A model generated the notes under the pieces. The model made no database searches. It worked only from the letters and a program-made list of their open reading frames with translations, and was not told where the DNA came from. A program made the position numbers and the translations under genes. 64,000 nucleotides of DNA from Deltaproteobacteria bacterium (lineage in GTDB: Bacteria > Desulfobacterota > Deferrisomatia > Deferrisomatales > BM512): assembly GCA_030591565.1 (NCBI GenBank), contig JAUVAU010000003.1, positions 4,879 through 68,878 on the forward strand, read 5' to 3'. Below are positions 34,556-47,542 of the stretch, in pieces (within the stretch, counting starts at the first letter, position 1; each line of letters opens with the position of its first letter).

Positions 34556-35794
34556 TCAAAAACTGTACTTCACGCGGGCGTAGACGTTGGTGTCATTCTC
34601 AAATTGCCCGAAGAAGGTATCCTCATCCCCGATGAACACATTGCCGCCCACGGTAAATTTGATATTGTCGCTCGCCTTGTAGGTAACCTTGGGACGCAGA
34701 TACACGTCCTCGTCGGTGGGAGAGATGAAGGCGAAGAGCGAGCAGATGAGGTTTTGCTGCATGAACATCGCCATATATCTTACCGTGACCCACACCCTGT
34801 CCTCGTCCCGGTCCAGCCCTCCACCATCTTCGGCAGTGGAATCCCAATCCATCACTCTCTCAAGGTAGAGCTGCACACCCAGGTTGTGGTTGGTTATCAG
34901 CTCATGGCTGTAACCCGCCAGCACCCTCGCCTCGGAGTTGACCACATAGGGGTTGTCGCCGTCGGGGTCATCCATACTGCGGTAGTAGGAGGTCTCGAAG
35001 TTAGCCACTCCGCCCAGGATCGAGCCGCGAAGGCTTGCGCCGCCGGAGGCCAGCCGGGGGAAGTAGAGCCGGGAGGTCGCCGCGTCCATACCGAGGGGTT
35101 GTCCGTAGCGTCCCCTGTAGCCGTAGAGCGCCCACTCCCAACCACCGATGTCGGAATAAACCCGCGCCGATATCTCGGAGTTGCCGAGGGTATGGTCCGG
35201 CTCGTCGGGGCTAATCGGAGTGGTTGAATCCATTGGCCCAACCGTGCCCATCCCGCCCCAGTAGGAGAGCCGCTCGCCGGAGATATAGCCATCTGAATCG
35301 AAGATCGGCACCCAGGCCATATCCACGCTCACCACATCGCCAAACCAGGTTCCCCGCACCGCGTTGGAGGGCTTTTTCAGGTACTCATCATCGCGGCCTA
35401 TGAAGAAGCTCTGCCAGTCCTTGGGGAAGAGATCGTTCAGGAAGACCAGATCGCCGGTGCCCCAGGTCAACACCTGCCTGCCGATCTTCAGGTCCACGCT
35501 GTCGAGCGGAGTAGCAAGGATGTTGGCCTCCCTTATGTCCAGCTCGGAGTCGCCCTCCACTCCGTCGAAGAGGAAATCGCCGCGAAACTGCATCGTGCCC
35601 ACATCCGCTTCATGCATCAGGTCGAGCTGAAACCGCGACTCCCCCATGAGGAAGTCATCTTCGGCGTGATCGTCCTCCACGACGCGAGAAGCCGCCCCCA
35701 CCTCAAGAAAGCCGCTAATGGACAGCTCCTCGGCCAGCGCCTGGTGTGAAAAAACCAGCAGCAGCGCCAGTGAACTAAAGAGTATTCGTCTCAT
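34556..35794 (-). CDS. putative outer-membrane beta-barrel protein (third gene of the RND/LolA-like operon)
   Basis: Signal peptide ...SHQALA. Alternating beta-strand pattern. C-terminal ...YARVKYSF (terminal Phe). Confidence 0.7.
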   Translation of the reverse strand: MRRILFSSLALLLVFSHQALAEELSISGFLEVGAASRVVEDDHAEDDFLMGESRFQLDLMHEADVGTMQFRGDFLFDGVEGDSELDIREANILATPLDSVDLKIGRQVLTWGTGDLVFLNDLFPKDWQSFFIGRDDEYLKKPSNAVRGTWFGDVVSVDMAWVPIFDSDGYISGERLSYWGGMGTVGPMDSTTPISPDEPDHTLGNSEISARVYSDIGGWEWALYGYRGRYGQPLGMDAATSRLYFPRLASGGASLRGSILGGVANFETSYYRSMDDPDGDNPYVVNSEARVLAGYSHELITNHNLGVQLYLERVMDWDSTAEDGGGLDRDEDRVWVTVRYMAMFMQQNLICSLFAFISPTDEDVYLRPKVTYKASDNIKFTVGGNVFIGDEDTFFGQFENDTNVYARVKYSF

Positions 35795-35860
35795 CAAATT
35801 TGCTCCCGTTACCATTACTCGGTATTTGGCCCAAGTAATTATTGAAATCACTACCTGCGG

Positions 35861-36097
35861 CTGTTGAAAAACTCTCCCGAAGCGGGAGGGGTAACGCTAA
35901 ACAGGGCTAAACCGGAGATGTTAGCCGATGTTGGGCAAACCTCCAACTAAGCTGAAGATAAACTGGAAACCCCGAAGATACTTCGAGGGCTAGGAAGGGA
36001 AGAAAAATGACCGCAGGCATACCTATAAGTATTTCGAGGATCATTTTTCGCCCCCCGACAACGTCAATCGGAGGATATCCGGGGTTTTTCAACAAGC
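35861..36097 (+). repeat. interspersed intergenic repeat, copy 4 (orientation A)
   Basis: Begins CTGTTGAAAAACTCTCCCGAAGCGGGAGG and ends GGATATCCGGGGTTTTTCAACAAGC. Lies between two co-directional minus-strand operon genes. Confidence 0.9.
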
Positions 36098-36102
36098 TAC
36101 CA

Positions 36103-36900
36103 CTATCGGCGGATATATTTACGCGGAGGCTTTCGTAAATAGCGCTCGGTAAAGATCGACTCGTCCAGCCCCACGTCATATTTAACACCGGAGAAATTCA
36201 TCACCGTCGCCCCCCCGCTGGGGATATCCTTGACCCGCGCTTTGGTAACCGTGGGGATACCGCCCACCTCTTCAACTTCAAGCGCCTCGACCACCCGGTA
36301 CAGCTCTCCCTGCTTGTCAAGATACTCCGCCTTCATCGGCAGGTAGGTCTGCTTGTCGACCCACATCTTGTAGGAGGAGAACTCCACCGAACCGGGGTCC
36401 TTGGGGGTATTGGAGATAACGTAGCTATCCTCCGTGGTCTCCTCAAGCACGTGCTCATCCTCGGTGAGGTTGCGCCCGGATACATCTTCGTAGAAGAAAT
36501 GGGAACCCACGAAGCTGGTGCGCTTGTCCGACGCCGCGATCCTCTTCACCAGATCGAGCGCAGGCAGATAGAGCCAGCGGTCGTCGTCGCCATCCACCTT
36601 TTTGTGGACCAGGAAAACGGTCTTCTTAACGTCGCCGGGTTTGTGGAAGTAGATGTAGAAGAGCTGGTCGCCCCCGTCGGTCTTGTCTTTGCGAAGGATC
36701 GTGAACTCGCGGCTGCGCTCGCTGCCGGAAGCCGACGTCATCACCATCTTGACCCGCGCCTTGCCGTCGTCGCCGCCATAGTAGGAGGCGTTATTGGCCT
36801 TTCCCACGATGGTGTTCACGTCGTCGGCAGCCAACACGCCACCAGCCGCCATTACCACCAGGGCGCAAGCCGTCATCATATAAATCAGCTGTTTTTTCAT
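36103..36900 (-). CDS. outer-membrane lipoprotein-sorting (LolA-like) family protein
   Basis: Signal peptide. ...DRWLYLPALDLVKRIAASDKRTSFVGSHFFYEDV... typical of the LolA-like proteins encoded next to MMPL/RND exporters. Its start overlaps the RND gene stop (TGATG). Confidence 0.8.
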   Translation of the reverse strand: MKKQLIYMMTACALVVMAAGGVLAADDVNTIVGKANNASYYGGDDGKARVKMVMTSASGSERSREFTILRKDKTDGGDQLFYIYFHKPGDVKKTVFLVHKKVDGDDDRWLYLPALDLVKRIAASDKRTSFVGSHFFYEDVSGRNLTEDEHVLEETTEDSYVISNTPKDPGSVEFSSYKMWVDKQTYLPMKAEYLDKQGELYRVVEALEVEEVGGIPTVTKARVKDIPSGGATVMNFSGVKYDVGLDESIFTERYLRKPPRKYIRR

Positions 36901-39572
36901 CACGCTTCTCCTTTTATTTCGCACGCAACACCATCCTTATCGACCGTCTTTTTAAAGAGCAGCCCGGCCATTATGCGGATGAGTGAAGGAAGTATTATAA
37001 GGGTTCCGATTCCGGAAATGCCCATTATCAGCGCCAGGAAGAGCCCCACAGTGCGGTAGGGGACCAGGGTGGAGAGCAGCAGCGGCAAGAAGCCCACGGC
37101 GATAACTACCGCGTTGCGGGCAATCGCTCTTGCTGGCGCTTCCGCCATCTCCAGCGCCGCGCGGGGCCAGGAGTTGTGCTCGCTGGTCAGCTCACGCGCC
37201 CGCTGGATGTAGTGGATGGCAAAATCGATCGACATCCCCAAGGTCAAGCTGGAGAGGATCGCCACCGGCATATCGTAGTCCTTGCCCACCATCCCTATCA
37301 GTCCATAGATGAATGCGATCGTCACCGACAGCGGGATCATGCTCAGCACGCCCCACAGAAGCGAGCGAAAGAGCACCGACATCAGGATGAGCACGATGAA
37401 GAAGCTGCCCAGCAGACTCTCAAGCATCCCGGTCACCATCTTATCCTGCCACACCACGTTGAGGTAGGTCAGCCCCGCCCAGGCGTAGGTCAGCCCTGCG
37501 GGGGGCGGGTTTTGCACGACGAAGGCGTCCACCTTGGAGACGACCTCTTCCATGTCCGTGTTGTCGCCCGATTTCAGCTGGACCCAGATGTTGAGCTTGC
37601 GGTAATCGGGCGTAACCAGATGCCACACGTCGTCGGGGTCGTGGCTGGACTGGAAGGAGAGGATCGACTGGGCCACCGCCGCCGGGGTATCGGGTATGCG
37701 GTAGGCTTCCGGCTTGCCCTCGTATAGCTCCATGTGTACTTTTTTGACCATGTCGGCCAGCGAGTTGGATTTGCCCACCAGCTCCATCGACCCCATGTAG
37801 GCCTGGAGCTTCTCCACGTAGGCAAGAACCTCGGGCGACTTGAAGAGATGCAACCCGAGGCGAAAATCCTCAACCTCGTCGGAGAGCAGGTCCAGCTCGT
37901 CGAGGAGATCGTAGTCCTCCTGATCCACCTTGTCGGTCAGCTCTTCGAGCCGTGACTGCAATGTGGAGAAGACCTTTTCGTGTTCACCCCACACACGGGC
38001 CTCCACACCGGCTGCCGCCATATCGTTAAGTTCGCCCAGGAGGATCGTCGCGGCAGTGGCGACCGCCGGAGACCCCTCATGTTTGGACTTGGTTTCAAGA
38101 TAGAGGGCCAAGGGCTTGAGCTCACCCTCCGCAGCGTTAGCACTACCACCCTCTTCACTACCTGGCCCCAGCACGAGATATGCGCCGTAGGTGCCGCCAA
38201 AGTGGCTGTTCAGCACCCTGTCGGCAACGCGGATCGGGTGTTCGGTGTTGAACCATTTGACCGGGTTGTCGTTGATTTTTATCTTGGTTATCCCAAAAGC
38301 CGACACTGCAATGACCGCGACCGTAATGATGATCAGCACCTTGGCGTAACCCTGGGTGAGGCCACCAGACCACCTGACCAGCCGCGCCAACGGCGTGCCG
38401 CCTGCGCGTCCGCACTCGTCCTGGGCGCTCGCGCCGAAGTTCTCCAGCTTCTTCTCGGGTATGAAGAGCATGATATATGCCGGGACCAGCATGATGGTGA
38501 GCAACCAGGCCAGCCCGACCCCAAACGCCACGAAGAGGCCAAAGACCTGCACGGGCGGAATGGGCGTGAGCGCGAGGCTGGCGAAACCGGCCATCGTCGT
38601 CACCGAGGTATAGAGCATGGGCATGAAGAGCTCGTCCATCACGGCTCGAAGGGTTTTTGCTCTGTCCCGGTAGGTCTGGTAGTGGTCAAAGAAAACCGAG
38701 AGGATGTGCACCGAGTCCACCACCGCTATGGGCATGAGGAAGATCGGTATCATGGAGCTCATTATGTGGACGGTGAACCCCAGGGAGATCAGCGTGCCCA
38801 TCGTCATCGCGACGGTGAGCATCGCCACCATCATGGGTGAGATGACGAGGATGAACGATTTGAAGAAGAAGAGCATCAGCAGGAATATCAAGAGCCCCGC
38901 AAGCGGTGCGGAGATGCCCATCTGCTGGAACATCTCGACGCCAAAGGTGTCTTCGGCCACCGGCAACCCGGTTATGTGGTACTGCTCCTCGCCGGAGACT
39001 TCCGCATCAATCAGTTTCTGGATATCGCCGCTGACCCTGTGGGCGATCTCTTTATGCTCGATGGGGACGTATATGGCCAGCGCGCGACCGTCTTCGCTAA
39101 CAAGCGTCCCGTTGAACATGGGGTTCGCCAGGATGCGCGAGCGTATATGCTCCGCCTCCTCATTTGTCTCCGGGGGGGCCTCCATCAGGTACTTGAAGCG
39201 CACCGTGCCGGGACCCGCCTGCAGTATGTCATCCACAGTGGAGGGCGCCATAAGGTCGCGCACCACCACGCCTTCAACTTTTTTCAAACCCTCGGTGATG
39301 CGATAGACCTTCCCCAACGTCGCGGGGTTGAAGACACCATTGGGGTCCTCCTCGTTGATGACGCCGAGGATTATCATGTCAGAGAGCTCGAAGCTCTCCT
39401 TCACCTCGTTATGGAAGACACGCACCTGCTCATCTTCGCCGAGCATATTCTCCGGGTCGGTGTCGACGCGGATGTTGCCCACCCTCAGCAAGGTCAGCAC
39501 GGTGAGCGCCAACGCCAGCATGATTACCACTTTCGGGTGGCGGATGGAAAAATCGATAAGGAAACGTCCCAT
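36900..39572 (-). CDS. RND-superfamily (MMPL/HpnN-like) exporter
   Basis: About 890 aa with two 6-TM bundles and two large periplasmic loops. N-terminus MGRFLIDFSIRHPK...DTDPENML. Start at ATG 39572 with an AAGGGGA SD. Confidence 0.85.
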   Translation of the reverse strand: MGRFLIDFSIRHPKVVIMLALALTVLTLLRVGNIRVDTDPENMLGEDEQVRVFHNEVKESFELSDMIILGVINEEDPNGVFNPATLGKVYRITEGLKKVEGVVVRDLMAPSTVDDILQAGPGTVRFKYLMEAPPETNEEAEHIRSRILANPMFNGTLVSEDGRALAIYVPIEHKEIAHRVSGDIQKLIDAEVSGEEQYHITGLPVAEDTFGVEMFQQMGISAPLAGLLIFLLMLFFFKSFILVISPMMVAMLTVAMTMGTLISLGFTVHIMSSMIPIFLMPIAVVDSVHILSVFFDHYQTYRDRAKTLRAVMDELFMPMLYTSVTTMAGFASLALTPIPPVQVFGLFVAFGVGLAWLLTIMLVPAYIMLFIPEKKLENFGASAQDECGRAGGTPLARLVRWSGGLTQGYAKVLIIITVAVIAVSAFGITKIKINDNPVKWFNTEHPIRVADRVLNSHFGGTYGAYLVLGPGSEEGGSANAAEGELKPLALYLETKSKHEGSPAVATAATILLGELNDMAAAGVEARVWGEHEKVFSTLQSRLEELTDKVDQEDYDLLDELDLLSDEVEDFRLGLHLFKSPEVLAYVEKLQAYMGSMELVGKSNSLADMVKKVHMELYEGKPEAYRIPDTPAAVAQSILSFQSSHDPDDVWHLVTPDYRKLNIWVQLKSGDNTDMEEVVSKVDAFVVQNPPPAGLTYAWAGLTYLNVVWQDKMVTGMLESLLGSFFIVLILMSVLFRSLLWGVLSMIPLSVTIAFIYGLIGMVGKDYDMPVAILSSLTLGMSIDFAIHYIQRARELTSEHNSWPRAALEMAEAPARAIARNAVVIAVGFLPLLLSTLVPYRTVGLFLALIMGISGIGTLIILPSLIRIMAGLLFKKTVDKDGVACEIKGEA

Positions 39573-39887
39573 TTTACTCCCCTTCAAATTTTTGTGATTA
39601 ACCAGATACTTCACTTTGATGTGGGGGGAAGGAAAAAGTCACATCCCTAAACAATCGTCAAAACAATTGTACTAAACATGGATTCTACACCAAAACAGGT
39701 ATTTCCAGCGGCAAACCGTTTTTCAACCCACATCGGCAATTCTACTCGCCCTTACGCTCAGCCACCACCGCTGCTAAGCGTCTTCTTAATATTTACGTGG
39801 GGCGGGTTTGCCGTTGCACCCCTTGGTGGTGAACGATTAGGATGATTAGCCCGTCAACATTGATCCAAACGGAGTACCCTGTACCGG

Positions 39888-40940
39888 ATGACGCACCAGG
39901 AGACCGACACAGCTTTTCAACAGCGGATGCTTCAGCACGTCTCGCGCACCTTCGCGTTGACCATTCCACTGCTGCCCCCCGACATTGCGGCAGCCGTGGG
40001 CAACGCCTACCTGGTGTGCCGGATCGCCGACACGATTGAGGATGACCCCTCCATGGCGCTGGGGAAAAAGCAGGAGCTTTTTTCAAGGCTGGTCCAATCC
40101 GTCGAGGGGGAGCTGGACCCGGAGCTCTTCGCAGCCCAAGCCGCACCGCTGCTCTCCACCAATATCCCCAAAGCTGAAAAAGAGTTGATGGAAAAGAGCG
40201 CGCGCGTCCTGAGGGTCACCCACGAGCTTCAACCGGTGCGACGCGGGGCGATATCAAAATGCGTGGCGCTGATGGCCGAGGGGATGGAGACGTTCCAAAA
40301 CACCCAGAGTTTGAGGGGGCTGCGCGACCAGCCCGAGATGGACCGCTACTGCTACTACGTGGCCGGGGTGGTGGGTGAGATGCTGACCGAGATCTTTTGC
40401 GATCACGACCCCCGCATCGCCGCCCATGGGGAGCAGCTCATACCCCTTGGCCGCTCCTTTGGACAAGGGCTGCAGATGACCAACATCCTTAAAGATGTGT
40501 GGGATGACAGGAGACGGGGCGCATGCTGGCTGCCCCGCTCGGCGTTCAGGGGGATGGAGGATTGCACCGACCTCGTGGCCCAGGCGCGGCAGGAGGAGGT
40601 GTTCGTTGAGGGGATGGCCGGGCTGACCGACCTTTGCGCGGCCCACCTGGATAACGCTTTCAAGTACATCACCATGATCCCCCCGGATCAGGGCGGGATA
40701 CGCAAATTCTGTTTACTGGCGCTCGGCCTTGCGCTGCTTACCCTGCGAAAGCTCTCGGGCCCTGCGCACTTCATCCCCGGCGTAAAATCCAAGATCGGAC
40801 GCACGTCGGTGATGATGACCCTCTCCGGGGTAAAGCTGCTGGCGGGAAACGACTTTGCCCTTCGCCAGGCGCACCGCGTCCTCATCGCGCCTTTTGCTAA
40901 GAGGCTCCCCAAGGTAGAGGTAGAGATATTCACCCCTTGA
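39888..40940 (+). CDS. squalene/phytoene synthase family protein
   Basis: SRTFALTIPLLP, YLVCRIADTIED (Asp-rich box 1), YCYYVAGVVGEM, GLQMTNILKDVWDD (box 2 region). Confidence 0.85.
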   Translation: MTHQETDTAFQQRMLQHVSRTFALTIPLLPPDIAAAVGNAYLVCRIADTIEDDPSMALGKKQELFSRLVQSVEGELDPELFAAQAAPLLSTNIPKAEKELMEKSARVLRVTHELQPVRRGAISKCVALMAEGMETFQNTQSLRGLRDQPEMDRYCYYVAGVVGEMLTEIFCDHDPRIAAHGEQLIPLGRSFGQGLQMTNILKDVWDDRRRGACWLPRSAFRGMEDCTDLVAQARQEEVFVEGMAGLTDLCAAHLDNAFKYITMIPPDQGGIRKFCLLALGLALLTLRKLSGPAHFIPGVKSKIGRTSVMMTLSGVKLLAGNDFALRQAHRVLIAPFAKRLPKVEVEIFTP

Positions 40941-40945
40941 GCGTC

Positions 40946-40987
40946 ACAGATCGCTGACAAAGCCTGTCTTTTCTCCGATTGACGGCG

Positions 40988-40992
<5 letters not shown>
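40946..40992 (-). repeat. short repeat-terminus fragment
   Basis: CAGATCGCTGACAAAGCCTGTCTTTTCTCCGATTGACGGCGTCAG is the reverse complement of the CTGACG..GTCAATCGGAGAAAAGACAGG.TTTG.CAGC.ATCTG module at 42790-42835. It fills the gap between two convergent genes. Confidence 0.7.
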
Positions 40993-42541
<1,549 letters not shown>

Positions 42542-42592
42542 TTGTCGCCTCCAGATAGATTAAGCGCGTAATTGTAGCCGTGATGCGCAGTA

Positions 42593-42608
42593 ATTACAAT
42601 ATTGTAAT
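42593..42608. promoter_or_regulatory. perfect 16-bp palindrome ATTACAATATTGTAAT (operator/UAS candidate), copy 1
   Basis: Self-complementary 16-mer 52 nt upstream of the activator start. Repeated 15/16 at 42838-42853. Confidence 0.4.
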
Positions 42609-42691
42609 CACAGGCTGTTCCAAAGGTGGACAAAAGGAGGTTGGCTGGAAAATTGTCTACTTGCGACTGCCTGTCTGCTTACCCAGCCTGA

Positions 42692-42835
42692 CAGATTGCT
42701 GACAAGGGCTGGATTTTCTTTGAGAACGAGGAAGGTGATAAGAAATAACCGGAGGAATACCCTGACGTATTTCGAGGATCATTTCTTAGCCTGACGAAGT
42801 CAATCGGAGAAAAGACAGGTTTTGCCAGCAATCTG
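42692..42835 (+). repeat. MITE-like mini-element (~144 bp) with terminal inverted repeats of the repeat-family terminus
   Basis: Left end CAGATTGCTGACAAGGGCTGGATTTTCTTTGAG is an imperfect inverted copy of the right end CGGAGAAAAGACAGGTTTTGCCAGCAATCTG. The interior matches 26839-26911. Confidence 0.65.
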
Positions 42836-42837
42836 AT

Positions 42838-42853
42838 AATTACAATATTGTAG
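42838..42853. promoter_or_regulatory. palindrome copy 2 (ATTACAATATTGTAGG, 15/16)
   Basis: Immediately abuts the right end of the mini-element. About 125 nt upstream of the GT2-acyltransferase gene. Confidence 0.35.
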
Positions 42854-42979
42854 GCAGGTCGTTTGTGTTTTCCTTCTGATGCCCCCTCTGCTAGAGTTCA
42901 CGTGCTTTGGATTTAACGCGTACTACAAGGCGTTGTTGCGCGCGGCGAGGGTGAGCCCGGGCGCGCCTTTGAGGCTATC

Positions 42980-44893
42980 GTGAACCCCAATATTTCCCCC
43001 AATACTACTGCCAATATTACTGTAATCATCCCCACGCTGAACGAGGAGCACTCCCTTGAAGGGCTGCTGGGCGACCTCGTGTCACAACGTGACATTCTAA
43101 TTGAAATCATAGTGGTTGACGGCGGCAGCACTGACCGCACCAGCGAAATATTTTCAAGCGTGTCTCAAGCCCACTCCATACCGCTGCGCTGGCTGAATTC
43201 CACCGCTGGGCGCGCGGTGCAGATGAATACGGGCGTGGCCAAGGCGCGGGGGTCAGAGCTGCTCTTCCTCCACGCCGACACGAGAATCGACTCTGACCAA
43301 CTGCTCGCGGCTGCCTTTAGCGAGATCGTGCGCGCACGTGAGCTAAACCCCGGCAAACCGGTGGCAGGCCACTTCGGCTTGACCTTTGGCGACCACGGGC
43401 CGGAGCGCGACGGGGCCTACTACTTCTACGAGGCCAAGACACGTCTGAACCGCCCCGACTCGATCAACGGCGACCAGGGTTTTTGGGTGGACGCGGAGTT
43501 TTTCGGCCACCTCGGGGGGTTTGACGAGACACTGGAGTTCATGGAGGATGTCCGCTTCGCCCTGAAAGTGGCCGAGACGGGGTTATGGGTGAATCTTCCC
43601 GGCAGGCTGACCACCTCGGCGCGAAGGTTCGAGTCCGAGGGGCTTGCACCCAGACAGCTTCTAAATTCTTTTCTGCGCTGCTTCGTACATATCGACTTCC
43701 CGCTCTTTTTCAAGCAGGCCTCCAAGGCGTACAGAGCGCAAAATAAAGCCGAAAAAATGGACCTTGAGCCCTTTTTGAGGCTTGCCCATGAAATAACTGC
43801 GCGTGGCGGCATGTTCGGCTGGCTCAGATGGTGGTATAAGACTGGCTGCTACATTCGCGACAACGCTTGGCAACTGACCTTTGTCCTCGATTGCAAGCGA
43901 AACAGACGCAGGGGGTTTGCGCCGGGCGAGGGTCCGGCGACGATCACCGAAAAGTTTGAACCCGCGTTCAACCTCATCACCGACAACGCTCTGGGAAGAA
44001 CCGCCACCCTGGTCCTTTCCGTTTGCACTTTTTTCATCCTTTGGACATACCTGCTATGGGCGAAGGAAAAGGAACACCGCAAGATGTTTGAAGAATATGG
44101 CGATGTGCCGTTCGCCGATATGGACAGCTACCGCACGCCAAAGCAGACAAAAACCTCCTGGCTTTTCCGGCTCTTCGGGAACTTGTATTTTTACGCGATA
44201 ATGCTCCTCGCGATCGTCAGGCCAAGCTCCAAACTTGCCCAGCGCGGCAACTACGATCACTCCGCCTGGGTAAGAAGCTCCTTTGCCGTATTCAGGTTTA
44301 TGGAAAAAATCGGGGTCAAGTTCGAGATAACCGGCCTGGGCAACTTACGAAAACTCGATGGCCCGGTGGTCTACGTAGCCAACCACATGAGCACGCTGGA
44401 GACCTTTATCCTCCCCGCCGTCCTGGCCTGCCGTGGCGAAATGACCTTTGTTATCAAGGAATCCCTGATGGACTACCCGGTCTTTGGCCCCATCATGCGC
44501 TCACGCGATCCGATCACGGTGGGACGCGACAACCCCAGGGATGACCTGATGGCGGTATTGCAGGGGGGCAAAAAGAAACTTGGCGAGGGCACCAGCATCG
44601 TCGTCTTCCCCCAGACCACCCGCTCGCTCTATTTTGACGCCGAAAAGTTCAACTCCATCGGGGCAAAGCTGGCCGCCAGGGCCGGAGTTGTGCTGGTCCC
44701 CATCGCGCTCAAAACCGACGCATGGGGGCAGAGAAGGGGTGAGAAGTTCAAGGATTTTGGGCCGATGGACCCGAAACTACCGGTAAAATTCGCTATCGGC
44801 GACCCCATTCGGCTCAGCGGCAAGGGCAATGAGGCCCACGCGGAATCGATGGAGTTCATCCGCTCCAACCTTGAGAGCTGGCTAAACCGGTAG
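42980..44893 (+). CDS. fusion protein: family-2 glycosyltransferase (N-terminal), TM linker, PlsC-type acyltransferase (C-terminal)
   Basis: VIIPTLNEE...VVDGGSTD GT-A signature. Central hydrophobic helices. C-terminal VANHMSTLE (HX4D/E box) and FPQTTRS. GTG start is uncertain. Confidence 0.75.
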   Translation: MNPNISPNTTANITVIIPTLNEEHSLEGLLGDLVSQRDILIEIIVVDGGSTDRTSEIFSSVSQAHSIPLRWLNSTAGRAVQMNTGVAKARGSELLFLHADTRIDSDQLLAAAFSEIVRARELNPGKPVAGHFGLTFGDHGPERDGAYYFYEAKTRLNRPDSINGDQGFWVDAEFFGHLGGFDETLEFMEDVRFALKVAETGLWVNLPGRLTTSARRFESEGLAPRQLLNSFLRCFVHIDFPLFFKQASKAYRAQNKAEKMDLEPFLRLAHEITARGGMFGWLRWWYKTGCYIRDNAWQLTFVLDCKRNRRRGFAPGEGPATITEKFEPAFNLITDNALGRTATLVLSVCTFFILWTYLLWAKEKEHRKMFEEYGDVPFADMDSYRTPKQTKTSWLFRLFGNLYFYAIMLLAIVRPSSKLAQRGNYDHSAWVRSSFAVFRFMEKIGVKFEITGLGNLRKLDGPVVYVANHMSTLETFILPAVLACRGEMTFVIKESLMDYPVFGPIMRSRDPITVGRDNPRDDLMAVLQGGKKKLGEGTSIVVFPQTTRSLYFDAEKFNSIGAKLAARAGVVLVPIALKTDAWGQRRGEKFKDFGPMDPKLPVKFAIGDPIRLSGKGNEAHAESMEFIRSNLESWLNR

Positions 44894-44912
44894 CCAATCG
44901 ACCTTTAAACCC

Positions 44913-45143
44913 AGGAGGCTCTCCGAAAAACTCTCCCGAAGCGGGGAACAACGCTAGACTGAAGATTTTAGCCGATGTCGGGCAAACCTCCAACCAAGCC
45001 GACGATAAACAGGAAACCCCGAAGATCATTTGAGGGCTAGGAAGGGAAGAAAAATGACCGCAGGCATACCTATAAGTATTTCGAGGATCATTTTTCGCCC
45101 CTGACAACGTCAATCGGAGGATATCCGGGGTTTTTCAACAAGC
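44913..45143 (+). repeat. interspersed intergenic repeat, copy 5 (orientation A)
   Basis: AGGAGGCTCTCCGAAAAACTCTCCCGAAGCGGGG...GGATATCCGGGGTTTTTCAACAAGC. Lies 20 nt after the upstream stop and just upstream of the groES promoter. Confidence 0.9.
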
Positions 45144-45177
45144 CCCTAAAAAACCACACTTTTTTTCGCTACATCTA

Positions 45178-45206
45178 TTGACGTTACAACGGTTGGTGGT
45201 TATCTT
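45178..45206 (+). promoter_or_regulatory. sigma70-like promoter candidate for groES-groEL (TTGACG-17-TATCTT)
   Basis: 5/6 -35, 17-nt spacer, 4/6 -10, about 90 nt upstream of groES. No CIRCE inverted repeat seen. Confidence 0.4.
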
Positions 45207-45295
45207 CCCGCTTCCGAGCGAACAATTCTCGATGATTTTCAAAAAAGCAAACAACCACAATAGTTTTTGATCCAATCCGAGGAGGAAAGCGAAAA

Positions 45296-45583
45296 ATGAA
45301 AATTAGGCCCCTACAAGATCGCGTGATCGTCAAGCGCATGGAAGAAGAGCAGACCACTGCCAGCGGTCTCATCATCCCCGACACCGCCAAGGAAAAGCCC
45401 CAAAAGGGTGAAATCGTCGCCGTAGGCCCCGGCCGCAAAGGCGACGACGGCAAGCCCCAGCCCATGGATGTCAAAGCGGGGGACAACATCCTCTTCTCCA
45501 AGTACGCCGGGACCGAGATCAAGGTTGAAGGCGAAGAGCTGCTGATCATGCGCGAAGACGATATCGTCGGCATAATCGAATAA
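45296..45583 (+). CDS. groES: co-chaperonin GroES
   Basis: [14 protein letters not shown]...[23 protein letters not shown]...; GGAGGAAAG SD. Confidence 0.97.
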   Translation: MKIRPLQDRVIVKRMEEEQTTASGLIIPDTAKEKPQKGEIVAVGPGRKGDDGKPQPMDVKAGDNILFSKYAGTEIKVEGEELLIMREDDIVGIIE

Positions 45584-45628
45584 TCATAAATATTAAAACT
45601 TGATGTAATAGGGAGGCAAAGACCAATC

Positions 45629-47281
<1,653 letters not shown>

Positions 47282-47308
47282 ATCCACCATAAAACTGCTT
47301 GTACAAAA

Positions 47309-47347
47309 GGCCCATTCGGATATGTTTTCCCGGATGGGCCTTTTTTA
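47309..47347 (+). terminator. Rho-independent terminator
   Basis: GGCCCATTCGG...CCGGATGGGCC stem followed by TTTTTTATTTT. Confidence 0.7.
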
Positions 47348-47542
47348 TTTTATCCCAGCTGTGGAAATATCATCTTAAAGTGACAGTTTGCGGCTAAAAT
47401 GACCAATCGATAATGTACAGAAATAATTATATTCTGGACGTTAACCGGAAAAAGCCCGATAATTTTATAAGCGTCTTACATATTGAATTGATTAGCATTT
47501 TTGTCTTCATTCGTAAATGTATTTGGGTGTATCTGGGGAAGC

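Noticed and set aside
35907-36188. 93-aa and 85-aa ORFs (35907..36188 -, 44856..45113 -) lying inside repeat copies
   Set aside because: Their frames are not preserved between repeat copies, and they have no SD or domains. They are by-products of the repeat sequence.
39803-39818. Sigma54 promoter upstream of the squalene-synthase-like gene (CGGGTTTGCCGTTGCA)
   Set aside because: GG and GC are correctly spaced and the -12 TTGCA is good, but the -24 element matches only at GG. This is too weak to call.
45144-45295. CIRCE (HrcA) operator or sigma32 promoter upstream of groES
   Set aside because: No TTAGCACTC-N9-GAGTGCTAA-like inverted repeat and no CCCCAT-type -10 were found. Only a sigma70-like TTGACG-17-TATCTT was seen.
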